A stretch of DNA of 64,000 nucleotides, taken from the NCBI GenBank assembly GCA_045545475.1, contig JAZQAZ010000008.1:1-64000 (forward strand), in the 5' to 3' direction. A program made the translations under genes and the position numbers. Of the stretch, positions 21,278 to 32,008 are shown one piece after another. The stretch's first letter is position 1; each line of letters opens with the position of its first letter. The notes under the pieces were generated by a model. It was not told the origin of the DNA. It saw nothing but the letters and a program-made list of their open reading frames with translations, and did not search any database. This DNA comes from Clostridia bacterium. Lineage in GTDB: Bacteria; Bacillota; Clostridia; CAKSNL01; HGM11501.

Positions 21278-22177
21278 TTATATTTTTGCCTGCTTTTTTG
21301 CAAGCTTTTTTAACTTTCTTTTTTCGTATTCGTCCATATCAAAGCCACCCGAAATATTAAGCATTGTGAGCATTGCAAAGATGAATGCCTGAAGGCAGCC
21401 CGAGAATACGTCGAAATATATTGATAATACCGCGGGAAGACCGATTCTTAAGAAGGGGATTTCGCCAAGGAAACCCGGGAGATTTCCGAAAATAAGTGCA
21501 GTAAGACCGGAAAGACCTGCAGCAACTAATGTTGAAATGACAGTACCGGATAAAATGTTTCCGTAGTGACGAAAGCTCATGGATATGGGGGTTGCAAACT
21601 CACTTATAAAGTTTATGGGGGCTAAAAATGCAACAGGCTCCGTAAATCCTTTAAGATAATATAAAGGACCGCATTTCATTTTATAATAGGTAATTAAAAT
21701 GAAGACTAATACCGCCCAACCTGCAACTACATTTATATCAGAGGTGGGAGGGAAAAGCCCTAAAAGTGATAAAAGGCTTGAAAGTGCGGAAAGGGCAAGA
21801 ATTGAAATTATGAAAGGTGAATAGCCCTTGAAATATTCGCCCATGTTTTCAATTACAAGCTTGTCAACCTTTTCTACAATCAATTCCGCAAAATGCTGCC
21901 TTTTAAGCTTTATACGTTCTTCTATTCCGTGAGTCATATAAAGACAGAGAAAGAAAAGCGTTATCATAACAGCAAGGGAGTTTACCTGTGCTTCTGTAAC
22001 TGGCATCGGCTGAATGGGCATATCCAAGGTGAAATAAATCCTTGCACCGGTAACGGTGATTCCTTCTGAAAGGGGCTGAGTTAAAACCTTTAAGACAAGG
22101 CAGCAGATAAGGGGAAGAATCATCATTGCAATATAGAAAATATCAAGTAGTTTAAATTTTGTATTTATGTTTTTCAC
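21278..22177 (-). CDS. atpB: F-ATPase a subunit
   Basis: PPTSDIN, PISMSFRHYGNI, LQAFIFAMLT. Confidence 0.93.
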   Translation of the reverse strand: MKNINTKFKLLDIFYIAMMILPLICCLVLKVLTQPLSEGITVTGARIYFTLDMPIQPMPVTEAQVNSLAVMITLFFLCLYMTHGIEERIKLKRQHFAELIVEKVDKLVIENMGEYFKGYSPFIISILALSALSSLLSLLGLFPPTSDINVVAGWAVLVFILITYYKMKCGPLYYLKGFTEPVAFLAPINFISEFATPISMSFRHYGNILSGTVISTLVAAGLSGLTALIFGNLPGFLGEIPFLRIGLPAVLSIYFDVFSGCLQAFIFAMLTMLNISGGFDMDEYEKRKLKKLAKKQAKI

Positions 22178-22181
22178 CTTG

Positions 22182-22565
22182 TCACTCCTTTCCTTTAATT
22201 AAAGGTCTTATCATAACTGCAATTCTCGGAAAAATAAAGGGTATTACCACAGAAAAAAGATTGAAAATACCTGCAAAGTTTCCGATCAGGGCAACGATTA
22301 AAAGCATAAAAAGCCTTCCCGACTGGGAAAATTGAACTAATTTTTTGGCATCCTTTTCTTCCATAGTAAGTGCTTTCTGAACAGTAAGCCCCATAAGAAG
22401 AAAGTTTCCGACAGATGATGTAAATCCTAAAATATTACCCCATATAAAAGTATGATTCCACATTCCGGCAATTAAAAACACCGCTTGCATCAAAATGCTT
22501 AATATAAAAGTCACCAAAGCGATATATAATGTTTCCTTTTTTACGGTAGGGTCAATTTTAACCAT
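22182..22565 (-). CDS. atpI: ATP synthase protein I
   Basis: 127 aa, about 4 TM segments, first gene of the atp operon. Confidence 0.8.
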   Translation of the reverse strand: MVKIDPTVKKETLYIALVTFILSILMQAVFLIAGMWNHTFIWGNILGFTSSVGNFLLMGLTVQKALTMEEKDAKKLVQFSQSGRLFMLLIVALIGNFAGIFNLFSVVIPFIFPRIAVMIRPLIKGKE

Positions 22566-22622
22566 AAAACATACCTCGTATATAAATTTTAACTATAAAA
22601 CATACCTCGCATATAAATTTTA
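22564..22622. repeat. 31 bp-period tandem duplication covering the atpI RBS
   Basis: ATAAAACATACCTCG(T/C)ATATAAATTTTA starting at 22564 and 22595. Confidence 0.85.
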
Positions 22623-22754
22623 CCCGAAAAAACCAATCTTTACTATTATATAATAAATAAAGGTTTATTGTAAGGGGAAAGGAAAATAATTTGTTAAATT
22701 TGATATTGTTTTTTGCTTTTCCGTGTGCTATATTTATTTTGAGGAGGGATTAGT

Positions 22755-25109
22755 ATGCCGAGAGATGTTATTGTGCTTAAAAGACCTGCATCAAGGGAAA
22801 AGGATATGTGGAAGGAAGCACTTCCCATAGGATGCGGAATAACAGGCGGACTTATACTTGGAGCCATTGAAAAAGAACAGGTTATAATCACGCGCCACGA
22901 CCTTTGGCACAGGTGGGGGAATATACTTCCTGTTCCCGATATAAGCGACAGCTTTAAGCAGATGCGAAAGAAAATTGATGAAGGGAAATATTTAGATGCC
23001 TGTCATATGATGGAAAACGCCCTTCGTGAAAAAGAGTTTTATAAAACAGGAGCTCCGTCGCCGTTTCCTCTTGGCTCGCTGAAGCTTTCCTATGTTACTG
23101 ACGGTGTTACATTTAAGCATTACAGACGGGGGATAGAGCTTGAAAAAGCCTTTGCCTTTGTTTCCTGGACTGATCAGAGAGGATTAAGTAAAAGAGAATA
23201 TTTTGCATCGAGAGAGTCGGGAATTTTATATACGAGAGTAACTGCGGATTTTGATGCTTCCTATGAAATTGATTTTGATTTTTATGACAATCTTGACGGG
23301 ATTTCAAAAAATGAAGCAGAAAGAAGACGGGAAAAGCTTACTAAAGAATTCTCTGATAACGGCATATTTTATGCTGCAAACACCGACGGACAGGATTTCG
23401 GAGCACTCATTTCGGTGACATCTGAAAGCGGAACGGTAAAGAGAAGCGAAAAAGGAATACTTGTTACGGGCAGGGATTTTACGGTGAAGCTTTTAAGCTT
23501 TGCGAAGGTGGACAGGAAAGAAGCTTTCCTGCTGCTTAATGAAAAAATAAATAATTCAAAGGATTTTGACGAAGCACTTAAAGCGCATAGCTTGTTACAT
23601 AAAGAGCTTTACGGAAGAGTTTCAATTTTCCTGACAGAAGATACTGACGAGAGGATTGATTACACCAACGAAGAGCTTCTTGACGAAGCATACGAGGATG
23701 AGGCATCAGACGCCTTTCTTGAAAAAATATGGCGTTTTGGCAGATACCTCTTTATATCTGCTATACACTCCGATGCAAATCCCTTTCCGCTTTACGGACT
23801 CTGGCCCGGGGCGAACGATCTTCCGTGGACGGCTCACGTTTGCAACGAAAATGTTCAGTGTATGTACTGGCACACCCTGACGGGAAATTTATCCGAGAGC
23901 ATAAAAAATCTCATAGACTATTATCATAAGAAAATGCCCGATATGAAAGAAAATGCAAAAAAGCTTTTCGGTTGCCGTGGTATTTTTGTGCCGGTTTACT
24001 CATATCCCGAAACCCTGGACGGAAAAGATTATACCCCGCCTCATCCGATAGTACCAGTAATTCTCAACTGGATTTCAGGCGCCGCCTGGCTTTCAAAGCA
24101 TTTTTATGACTATTTTACATACACAAAGGATGAAGTAACTCTTAACGAAAAAATACTTCCTTTTATGATAGAAACAGTTCAGTTCTACGAAGATTATATT
24201 ACCTATGATAAAAATGGCAGGATGAGAATTTATCCTTCGGTGTCACCTGAAAACTCGCCTGGAAACCTTGTAAAGCTTAATCCGACAGGGGCACTGGGAC
24301 ATCCTTGTCCTGCGGTTGAAAATGCGACAATGGACTTTGCACTTATGAAGGAAGTTATCTGTAACTTGTTAAAGCTGACGGAAAGCGTATATTGCAGGAC
24401 TATTATTCCAAAGGAAAGCATAGAAAACTGGAAAAAGTTGATTTCAGAAATTCCGGAATACGAAATAAATGAGGACGGAGCGGTAAAAGAGTGGATGTCT
24501 CCTGAGCTTTCGGATAATTATGACCACAGACATTTTTCCCATCTTTTCCCCGTATTTCCGGGTTCTGAGGTGACGAAAGAAAATAATCCGACTCTTTTTG
24601 AAGCCTTCAGAAAAGCGGCAGAGCTTCGGATTGAAGGGGCAATGTCAGGGTGGAGCTTTCCGCACCTTGGACTTATTCACACAAGGTTTGGCGAGGGAAA
24701 CGAAGCTCTTGGAAAAATAATAACCATGGCAAAGGGGATAGTTCTTGATAATTTCTTTACACTTCATAATGACTGGCGCCATATGGGAACGGGGATAAAC
24801 GTTGACCATATGACTCCCGTGCAGCTTGATGCCTTGATGGGAACGGTTGCACTTATCCAGGATATGCTGTTTCAGTATAATGACGGTACAATTAATATTC
24901 TGCCTGCAAAGCCTGACAGAATGAAATATGTAAAGGCAGAAAATTTAACATTCCCGGGCGGAAAAGTCTCTTTTGAACTTAAGAACGGAAAACTTGGTTT
25001 TTCCGTAGCATCGGAAGAAAATATGGAAATTACAGTAAAGGTCGGTAGCTATAAAGAAAAAATAAAGCTTACTGAAAAGGGAAGATTTGAAAGGGATTTT
25101 GAGATATGA
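22755..25109 (+). CDS. GH95 family glycoside hydrolase (alpha-L-fucosidase/galactosidase-like)
   Basis: WKEALPIG.G, FGRYLFIS, L.GLW, N.NVQ..YW, PSVSPEN, KEW, HRHFSHLFPVFPG, GWS. Confidence 0.88.
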   Translation: MPRDVIVLKRPASREKDMWKEALPIGCGITGGLILGAIEKEQVIITRHDLWHRWGNILPVPDISDSFKQMRKKIDEGKYLDACHMMENALREKEFYKTGAPSPFPLGSLKLSYVTDGVTFKHYRRGIELEKAFAFVSWTDQRGLSKREYFASRESGILYTRVTADFDASYEIDFDFYDNLDGISKNEAERRREKLTKEFSDNGIFYAANTDGQDFGALISVTSESGTVKRSEKGILVTGRDFTVKLLSFAKVDRKEAFLLLNEKINNSKDFDEALKAHSLLHKELYGRVSIFLTEDTDERIDYTNEELLDEAYEDEASDAFLEKIWRFGRYLFISAIHSDANPFPLYGLWPGANDLPWTAHVCNENVQCMYWHTLTGNLSESIKNLIDYYHKKMPDMKENAKKLFGCRGIFVPVYSYPETLDGKDYTPPHPIVPVILNWISGAAWLSKHFYDYFTYTKDEVTLNEKILPFMIETVQFYEDYITYDKNGRMRIYPSVSPENSPGNLVKLNPTGALGHPCPAVENATMDFALMKEVICNLLKLTESVYCRTIIPKESIENWKKLISEIPEYEINEDGAVKEWMSPELSDNYDHRHFSHLFPVFPGSEVTKENNPTLFEAFRKAAELRIEGAMSGWSFPHLGLIHTRFGEGNEALGKIITMAKGIVLDNFFTLHNDWRHMGTGINVDHMTPVQLDALMGTVALIQDMLFQYNDGTINILPAKPDRMKYVKAENLTFPGGKVSFELKNGKLGFSVASEENMEITVKVGSYKEKIKLTEKGRFERDFEI

Positions 25110-26761
25110 GCATTGCAGGAAAAGAAAATGTTATAAGACTATCTGAATTCGGCGATTTTTCGGACGGAAAGAAAAATGCTTTTGAATCACTTAAAAAATG
25201 CTTTGAAAAATCTTCGGAAAGAGAAAAATCAGTTATTGTTATAGAGCCCGGAGAATATCTTGTTGATTCGGGAGATTCTATACCCCTTTACTCTCATACA
25301 TTGGTTATTGCAGACGGAGCGGAGTTTAAGTTTCCTGAAAATCTTGGAGATAATTTCATACGGAGAATGTTTAGGGGAATAAATGTTGAAGACTTCACCT
25401 GGCAGGGCGGAAGCTTCAAGGGATATGTTTATGATGTAAATAAAAAAGAAAATCTCTGGAAGCCTTATTCCTTTACGGGGTGTATATGTATTTACACCAA
25501 AGAGGGAGGCTACGTAAAAAACATAAGCATAAAAAATGTGACAGGCTATGACGTGGCAGGAACTGTTGTCAGCGTGGAAGGCTTTGAACATAAAAAGGCT
25601 GAAAATATTGATATCAGGGATTGTCGCTTTATTCGCTGTGCCAGATTTATGTGGGACTACGGATATCTGTGGCAGAGGGTGGTTTTTGCAAGCGAATATG
25701 ACGAAGCTTCGGTCTTGAATGCGCTTTCAAATATACCTAAAGAACATATATCAGAAGAACTCACCCTTGATAAGGATGGAGGGATTGTGGCGGAATTTAT
25801 GCCGAAGGCTCTACCTGAAGAAAGGGATGCGGTTACATTTTTCGGAAAAGAAATGCCCGAGGGAATAATTCGCGGAAAGCAATATTTTGTGTTGAATAAA
25901 GGTGTGGAAAATTCACTTTTTATAAGTGAAAAAGAAAACGGAGAGCCTGTAAAAATATCCGCAATGCCACAGAAAACAAAGCTTTTCAGAAATATGTTTT
26001 TCATTTTCCACGACCTCTATTGTCCTTTTGGTGTGCTTGATATGGAAAAAATAAATGTGAGAAATCCGAAAGAGGAAAAGGGCTCTGTCAATGTTGTTTA
26101 CGGAAAGAATATAACAGTTACCGGTTGCCGTGTTTCGGGAGAAGGGGACAGTACACACATCGCAAGAAGCGAAAATGTGGTTTTCTCAAACAATCAGATT
26201 TTAGGCTCAAGAATGGGTGCGTTGTACATAGGATTTTTCTGTAAAAATGTTACGCTTTCGGGGAATACAGTTTACGGAACAAACGGCTCGAGAACCCTTA
26301 GTGTGGAGCGTGGAACAGAGGATATAACAATTGTCGGAAATACCTTTACAGGGGGCGGAAGAGGGTGTTGGTTCAACCGCCCGAAAAACGCCGTTATAAT
26401 GGGAAATATTTTCAGCGAAAACACAGAAAAATGCACTCCTGACATACATACGGGGCGCTTTTGTCACGTTACGGGAGATTTTGAAAAATATCCCGAAATG
26501 TATTTTACATCGGGAGAGAATGACGAAGAATACGGCTCTGTAATTATAAAAGGTAATGTTTTTAAGGCAAAAAAAGGCGCATCTTCAGCCATTTCTTTCA
26601 ACCCGGGAGGAAAAGATATTTTGCTGGAGGGAAATATTTTCAACGGTGATGTATGCGATATCCACGTTGCAAAAGGGTGCGAAATGCCTCATATGATGAA
26701 TAATATCGGAATCGGAGAAGTAGTGGAACAAAAGTTTGTCAATACGGCAAATCAGAGATAA
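25106..26761 (+). CDS. Right-handed parallel beta-helix protein (pectin-lyase-like fold)
   Basis: EFG...DGKK and VIEPGEY N-terminus; repeated N.T..GN.F strands. Confidence 0.75.
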   Translation: MSIAGKENVIRLSEFGDFSDGKKNAFESLKKCFEKSSEREKSVIVIEPGEYLVDSGDSIPLYSHTLVIADGAEFKFPENLGDNFIRRMFRGINVEDFTWQGGSFKGYVYDVNKKENLWKPYSFTGCICIYTKEGGYVKNISIKNVTGYDVAGTVVSVEGFEHKKAENIDIRDCRFIRCARFMWDYGYLWQRVVFASEYDEASVLNALSNIPKEHISEELTLDKDGGIVAEFMPKALPEERDAVTFFGKEMPEGIIRGKQYFVLNKGVENSLFISEKENGEPVKISAMPQKTKLFRNMFFIFHDLYCPFGVLDMEKINVRNPKEEKGSVNVVYGKNITVTGCRVSGEGDSTHIARSENVVFSNNQILGSRMGALYIGFFCKNVTLSGNTVYGTNGSRTLSVERGTEDITIVGNTFTGGGRGCWFNRPKNAVIMGNIFSENTEKCTPDIHTGRFCHVTGDFEKYPEMYFTSGENDEEYGSVIIKGNVFKAKKGASSAISFNPGGKDILLEGNIFNGDVCDIHVAKGCEMPHMMNNIGIGEVVEQKFVNTANQR

Positions 26762-26784
26762 ATAATGAAGGAAGATTTATATAT

Positions 26785-28056
26785 ATGAAAGAAATTCTTT
26801 GTCCTAACGAACAGCAGATTAAATGGGCTGATGCGGAAATAGGCGTAATTATACATATTGATATGCAGACCTTTGAACCGACATACGATTTCAGGAGCGA
26901 CTTTAACTATCAGCCGCCCGCATTGGTGTTTAATCCTGAGTGTCTTGACACAGACCAATGGATTGAAGCGGCGGTTTCGGCAGGAGCGAAATATGCGGTG
27001 CTGGTTGCAAAGCATTGCTCGGGATTTTCGCTCTGGCCCACAAAACAGCACGACTATCATATAGGAAACTCGCCTTATAAAAACGGTAAAGGCGATATCG
27101 TGGCGGAATTTATCGCATCCTGCAAAAAATACGGAGTACTTCCGGGAATTTACTGTTCTGCATCCTGCAACGCCTATTATAAGGTGGATAGCCCCGGTCT
27201 TTGCATAAGCGGCGATAAAGACGAACAGAAGCGCTACAACGATATGGTTATGGGGCAGCTTACTGAGCTTTGGACAAACTACGGAAATCTTTTTGAAATA
27301 TGGTTTGACGGGGGATGCCTTCCTCCCGAAAAGGGCGGACCTCCTATTGCCGAGCTTTTATGCAAGCTTCAGAAGGATGCGATAGTTTTCCAGGGTCCGA
27401 TTAATATGGGTAACGGAATTCGATGGGTTGGAAATGAAAGAGGAGAAGCTCCCTTTGATACCTATGCTACCGTTAATTTTGAACACGAAAGCTTTGACGG
27501 AATGAGTGAGAAAACCGATCGTGGAGGCGACCCCTTCGGAAACGTATGGCGTCCTGCGGAATCGGATGTTCCGAACCGTGATTCAAGACGAAGCTTTCAG
27601 GGTGGATGGTTCTGGCAGGAAGGTCAGGATGATGCTGTATTTACAAAGGAAGAGCTTTTCGAAAAATACCTTTATTCCGTTGGCAGAAACACCAACTTCT
27701 TAATCGGTATGGCAATAAACGACAAGGGACTTTTTTCAGATAAGGATAAGGAAGAGTTCAAAGGCTTCGGAAAAATGGTAAAAGAAGCCTTCGGAAAGCC
27801 TCTTGCAATAATCGAAGGGGATCTTACGGAAGATGAGTATACTTTAACATCTGAAAAAGAAGCAAAATATCTTGTAATATGCGAAGATATAAAATACGGA
27901 GAAAGAATCCTTGCCTATAAAACCGATGTGGGAATTGAGGGAAAGGCGATAGGACGTAAAAGAATTTTGCCCCTCCCGGAAGGTGTGAAAAAACTTACGT
28001 TCACAATTCTTGACAAAAAGGACACCTGCCATATAAAATCAATAGCGTTGTATTAA
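26785..28056 (+). CDS. GH29 alpha-L-fucosidase
   Basis: FNP..LDTDQW, AKHCSGF.LWP, QLTELWTNYG, EIWFDG, IRWVGNE.G, SVGRN.N. Confidence 0.92.
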   Translation: MKEILCPNEQQIKWADAEIGVIIHIDMQTFEPTYDFRSDFNYQPPALVFNPECLDTDQWIEAAVSAGAKYAVLVAKHCSGFSLWPTKQHDYHIGNSPYKNGKGDIVAEFIASCKKYGVLPGIYCSASCNAYYKVDSPGLCISGDKDEQKRYNDMVMGQLTELWTNYGNLFEIWFDGGCLPPEKGGPPIAELLCKLQKDAIVFQGPINMGNGIRWVGNERGEAPFDTYATVNFEHESFDGMSEKTDRGGDPFGNVWRPAESDVPNRDSRRSFQGGWFWQEGQDDAVFTKEELFEKYLYSVGRNTNFLIGMAINDKGLFSDKDKEEFKGFGKMVKEAFGKPLAIIEGDLTEDEYTLTSEKEAKYLVICEDIKYGERILAYKTDVGIEGKAIGRKRILPLPEGVKKLTFTILDKKDTCHIKSIALY

Positions 28057-28326
28057 AAAACTGGCTGTGAAAAATCAATTCGGAATGTCGGCAAGCGCCG
28101 AACCGTGTTTTGGATTTTTTGCAGCCTTTTTTATATTTTCTTTTAACGGAGCGGATGCGTTTGCATTCGCTTTTTAATTTCAAAAAGTGAAATATAGTAC
28201 TAAATTCTGTATTGTGGGACGTTGACTTGAATTTTGCAGCGTGTTAAAATTAAACAGGAAAGGATAAAATGAAAAATGCCGGCAGAATCATTTTGTCCGC
28301 TGGCATCATATAACCTGACTCTTCTT

Positions 28327-29124
28327 TTATTTTTCTCTTTTCTTAACCGCGCCCGGGCTTTTTCCGTGAAATTTTTTAAAGGCTCTTGAGAAAACTGATA
28401 TATCGCTGTAACCAACTAAGTTTGCTGTTTCCGTTACGCTCGTGCCTTTTGATAAAAGGTCATAAGCTTCAGTAAGCCGTTTTTTTAAGCGATAGTCCTG
28501 CATTGTGGTACCGACCTGTTTTTTAAATATCTGGGAAAGATAGTTTCTGTTTAAGTTGTGCCTTTTTGCAATTTCATCAATTGAAATATCGTTCATAAAA
28601 TTATAGTCAATATAGCGAACTACAGTTTTTACGTGATGGCTCTTTACATCGGATGTTATGCTCTGCTTTTCGGAAAACAAGAGGGCATACAACTTATATA
28701 ATAATGAAGTTACAAGCATTTCTGCTTCGGATGATTCTTTTACGGCATCAAGTATTTCAAGAAAAAGGGGAGAAGAAAAATTAAAGATAGCGGGATGATA
28801 GTCAAAACGTGAGGCAAGCTTTCCTGAAAAACCTATCCATATATATTCCCAGGGATCATCAGGATTCGGGAAATAGGTTACAGATTCATCGGGGCGGATG
28901 AGGAAGCAGGAGCCCCCGGATATAAGGTGGGTGCCTGAATTGTCCTTTAAATAGCCGCTTCCTGATTTGACATAATGTAATAAGTAGTATATGTTTCTTC
29001 TGCAGTTTGGCTTCTTGTCCTTTTTACACACCTCATGCCCTACCATAACAGGGAAAAGGTCGGTAAGCTTGGGTTTATTTTCGCACCAGGCAAGAAACTG
29101 ATCCGGTACATCTGCTATAAACAT
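28327..29124 (-). CDS. AraC family transcriptional regulator
   Basis: Cupin N-terminus (LLHYV.SG.G, PWEYIWIGF.G) and C-terminal double HTH (VGYSD...FSRAFKK..G.SP). Confidence 0.93.
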   Translation of the reverse strand: MFIADVPDQFLAWCENKPKLTDLFPVMVGHEVCKKDKKPNCRRNIYYLLHYVKSGSGYLKDNSGTHLISGGSCFLIRPDESVTYFPNPDDPWEYIWIGFSGKLASRFDYHPAIFNFSSPLFLEILDAVKESSEAEMLVTSLLYKLYALLFSEKQSITSDVKSHHVKTVVRYIDYNFMNDISIDEIAKRHNLNRNYLSQIFKKQVGTTMQDYRLKKRLTEAYDLLSKGTSVTETANLVGYSDISVFSRAFKKFHGKSPGAVKKREK

Positions 29125-29276
29125 ATAAAAACCGCCTCCTTTTTACAACTAACATTATATCAAATTTTACTTACATATTGCAATAGTAAATTTAATAAAA
29201 AAATGTTATACTCAAATTATATTTATGATGATTTTTTGAAAATCCATAAAATAAAAAAAGAAAGAGGGAAAAACGC

Positions 29277-31994
29277 ATGAAAAAAATTCTTGCATTGATG
29301 CTTGCACTTATGATGGTTTTATCTGTAAGCACAGTTCTTGCATCAAGCGGCGACATTGTTCTTATGCCGTCGGATGCAACTGAAAACAAGGGCATACAGA
29401 AGGGAAACACAATAAGTGACTTTGCCATCAACGATTATTTCGGTTATAAGGATGTTGACCTTACCGGAATAAATTCTGTTATTCTGGAAGCACATTTTAA
29501 TCCTGTAGGCGGACACAATGGTGAGGCTTTCAGAATTATGATTGACGATCCGGTTGAAGGAAGCTTAATCGGCACAATCGTGTTAAGTAACAGAGGCGGA
29601 GTGTACGATGCCTTCATCAATCCCACAAGCGGAAAGCACAATGTATACTTTGTGGCAAGCTACAACACAGGTGTACCCGAAAACCTTCAGGTTAAGAAGA
29701 TAACCTTCTCAAAGGCGGCATATGAGGATAATGCTTTTGATAACCACGTTGGCGACGAATATATAAAAGACTTTTATGAAGATACCTGGGTTGCAACCGA
29801 CAGCTACGGACGCAAGGTGGCAGACTACGGCGAAGCAGGTCCCGTTAAAGAGGGTGAACGCGAAGTTGGTATGATGTACTGGAACTGGTGGACACCAAGC
29901 GGCAATTCCGAAGCAAGAATAATTTCCGATGTTATAAAGAAGTATCCTGATGCTATGCAGAACCAGTCAAGCCCCGGATGGAGCGGTCTTGCTACATATT
30001 ACTGGGATGAGCCTGCAATAGGCTTCTATTCGGGTAACGACTACTGGGCGCATCGCTATCAGCTTGAGCTTCTTGCAGCAGCGGGAGTTGATGCAATATT
30101 CTTAGACTTCTCCAACGGCGGTGCAATTTATTTGGAGCCTACAAACGTACTCCTTCAGGCTATGCGCGACCTTAAAAAGGACGGAGTAAATGTTCCTGAA
30201 TTTTCAGTTTTCGCTTGGCACGGCGGTCTTTATAACTTAAGACTTATGGAGGCTCTTTATAATAACTATTTCTACTATGAAGACTTCTCCGACGTCTGGT
30301 ACTATATGGACGGAAAGCCCTTAATCTGCGGTCTTCGTGATATGTCTACCGCGAGATCCAACAATCCCAATAAAAAGGACCTTGCGCGAGTTGACCAGAT
30401 TGACTTTATCGAAGAGTTCTTTACTTTCCGTGAAAACGTAAATGCGGCAAAGAATAAGAATGATAAATGGACCTGGTGTGAAGACTTCCCCCAGGGTGCG
30501 AGAAACGGTGTAAGAGAAGACGGCAGAATTGACTTTATGAATGTTACCGTTGCGTTAAACCACTCTTACGGCCCCGAAGCTACAAGCTATGCAATGGGCG
30601 GAGAATATACAATGGGCAGAAACTATTCTCCCGTATTCGGTGAAGACAGAAGCGAAAACGGTGCAAGAGAAGCTCATATGTTCCGTGCGCAGGCAGGAAG
30701 AGTGTTGGAATTCGATCCTCACTTTGTATATGTAGACGGCTGGAACGAATGGACCGCCGCTATTCAGAATCAGTGGGGACAGTTTGCCATAGCCTTTGTT
30801 GATACCTTTGATACCAACGACAGCCGTGACTTTGAACCTACAAAGGGACAGCTTAAAGACGATTACTATAACCTTCTTGTTGACTTTATGAGAAAGCATA
30901 AAGGCGTTCGTCCTGCACCTTCTGCAGGTGAAGCAGGCACAATCGATATCGCAGGCGACCTTTCACAGTGGGATAACGTAAAGCCCGAATTCTTAAACTA
31001 TAAGGGTGTTGACAGAAATTCCGAAGCCTTGTACAGAGTTCACGGCACCGGAGAAAAGCGCCCCGACTATGTAAACGAATCGGGTAAGAGAGTTGTATAT
31101 TCAAAGGCACAAAGAGATGCAGAAAACCTTTACTTTATGGCAAAGACCGTTGAAGGGGAAGATATCGCAGGAACAAACCTTTACCTTAATACCGACAGAA
31201 ACTACTCAACGGGTCTTGAAGGCTATGACTATATCATAGGAAGAGACGGTTCATCCAATGTTGAAGCAATCGGAGTTGACGGTACATACAAAGTTGTTGG
31301 AACTGCAAACATCGTAAGAAGCGGTAACGTAATGCAAATTGCCGTTCCGAGAGCAACAATAGGCGAAACAGGAACCGTTGAAATCGAGCTTAAGTGGGTT
31401 AATGGCACATTTACCGATGTAATCGAGCTTTATGAAATGGGTAATGCTGCTCCCATCGCAAGATTTAACTATCTCTACACAGAAAAGGCCGATGTTACAA
31501 CAACAGCATCCGAAAAAGAAGCATTAAAGGATGCACACGTTTTGGTTGCAGGAAAGACAAAGATGCTTGTTAACGGCAAAATTGAAACCGTAAACGAAAA
31601 GGACACATCGAAGTATGCCTTTGAAATGAACGGAACACTCTATATTCCCAGCCGTGCATTTGAAGAATTACTCGGCTACGGCAGAGGTAAGATTGAATAC
31701 GATTATCTTTCCAATATGTTCTATTACTATCACTTTGACTACAACGAGGACAAATCGGCGGTGGCTAAAACCGACTGGTATTACACAGTTGTAGGCTCAT
31801 ATGAAGCAAGGGCAAACGGAAGACTTAAAACACTTTCCGCACCAGTTATATATGCGGAAAATGACTTCTATGTTCCTGCAAGCATCTTTGTAGAAACTAT
31901 GGATATCTCCGTTACAAACCTGGGTAACGGCGTATATGTAATAGGAAATGCCGATGCATCGGTTGTTAATTCGGCACTTCATTATCTTGACTAA
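29277..31994 (+). CDS. Secreted modular protein: CBM6-like + GH99/GH71-like barrel + C-terminal stalk (copper amine oxidase N-like) domain
   Basis: Signal peptide; GYKDVDL...GKHNVYFV; YYWDEP..GFY, AGVDAIFLD, GWNEW, SRDFEP; NGTLYIP.R and YVP stalk motifs. Confidence 0.65.
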   Translation: MKKILALMLALMMVLSVSTVLASSGDIVLMPSDATENKGIQKGNTISDFAINDYFGYKDVDLTGINSVILEAHFNPVGGHNGEAFRIMIDDPVEGSLIGTIVLSNRGGVYDAFINPTSGKHNVYFVASYNTGVPENLQVKKITFSKAAYEDNAFDNHVGDEYIKDFYEDTWVATDSYGRKVADYGEAGPVKEGEREVGMMYWNWWTPSGNSEARIISDVIKKYPDAMQNQSSPGWSGLATYYWDEPAIGFYSGNDYWAHRYQLELLAAAGVDAIFLDFSNGGAIYLEPTNVLLQAMRDLKKDGVNVPEFSVFAWHGGLYNLRLMEALYNNYFYYEDFSDVWYYMDGKPLICGLRDMSTARSNNPNKKDLARVDQIDFIEEFFTFRENVNAAKNKNDKWTWCEDFPQGARNGVREDGRIDFMNVTVALNHSYGPEATSYAMGGEYTMGRNYSPVFGEDRSENGAREAHMFRAQAGRVLEFDPHFVYVDGWNEWTAAIQNQWGQFAIAFVDTFDTNDSRDFEPTKGQLKDDYYNLLVDFMRKHKGVRPAPSAGEAGTIDIAGDLSQWDNVKPEFLNYKGVDRNSEALYRVHGTGEKRPDYVNESGKRVVYSKAQRDAENLYFMAKTVEGEDIAGTNLYLNTDRNYSTGLEGYDYIIGRDGSSNVEAIGVDGTYKVVGTANIVRSGNVMQIAVPRATIGETGTVEIELKWVNGTFTDVIELYEMGNAAPIARFNYLYTEKADVTTTASEKEALKDAHVLVAGKTKMLVNGKIETVNEKDTSKYAFEMNGTLYIPSRAFEELLGYGRGKIEYDYLSNMFYYYHFDYNEDKSAVAKTDWYYTVVGSYEARANGRLKTLSAPVIYAENDFYVPASIFVETMDISVTNLGNGVYVIGNADASVVNSALHYLD

Positions 31995-32008
31995 GGAGGC
32001 GAAGCGAA

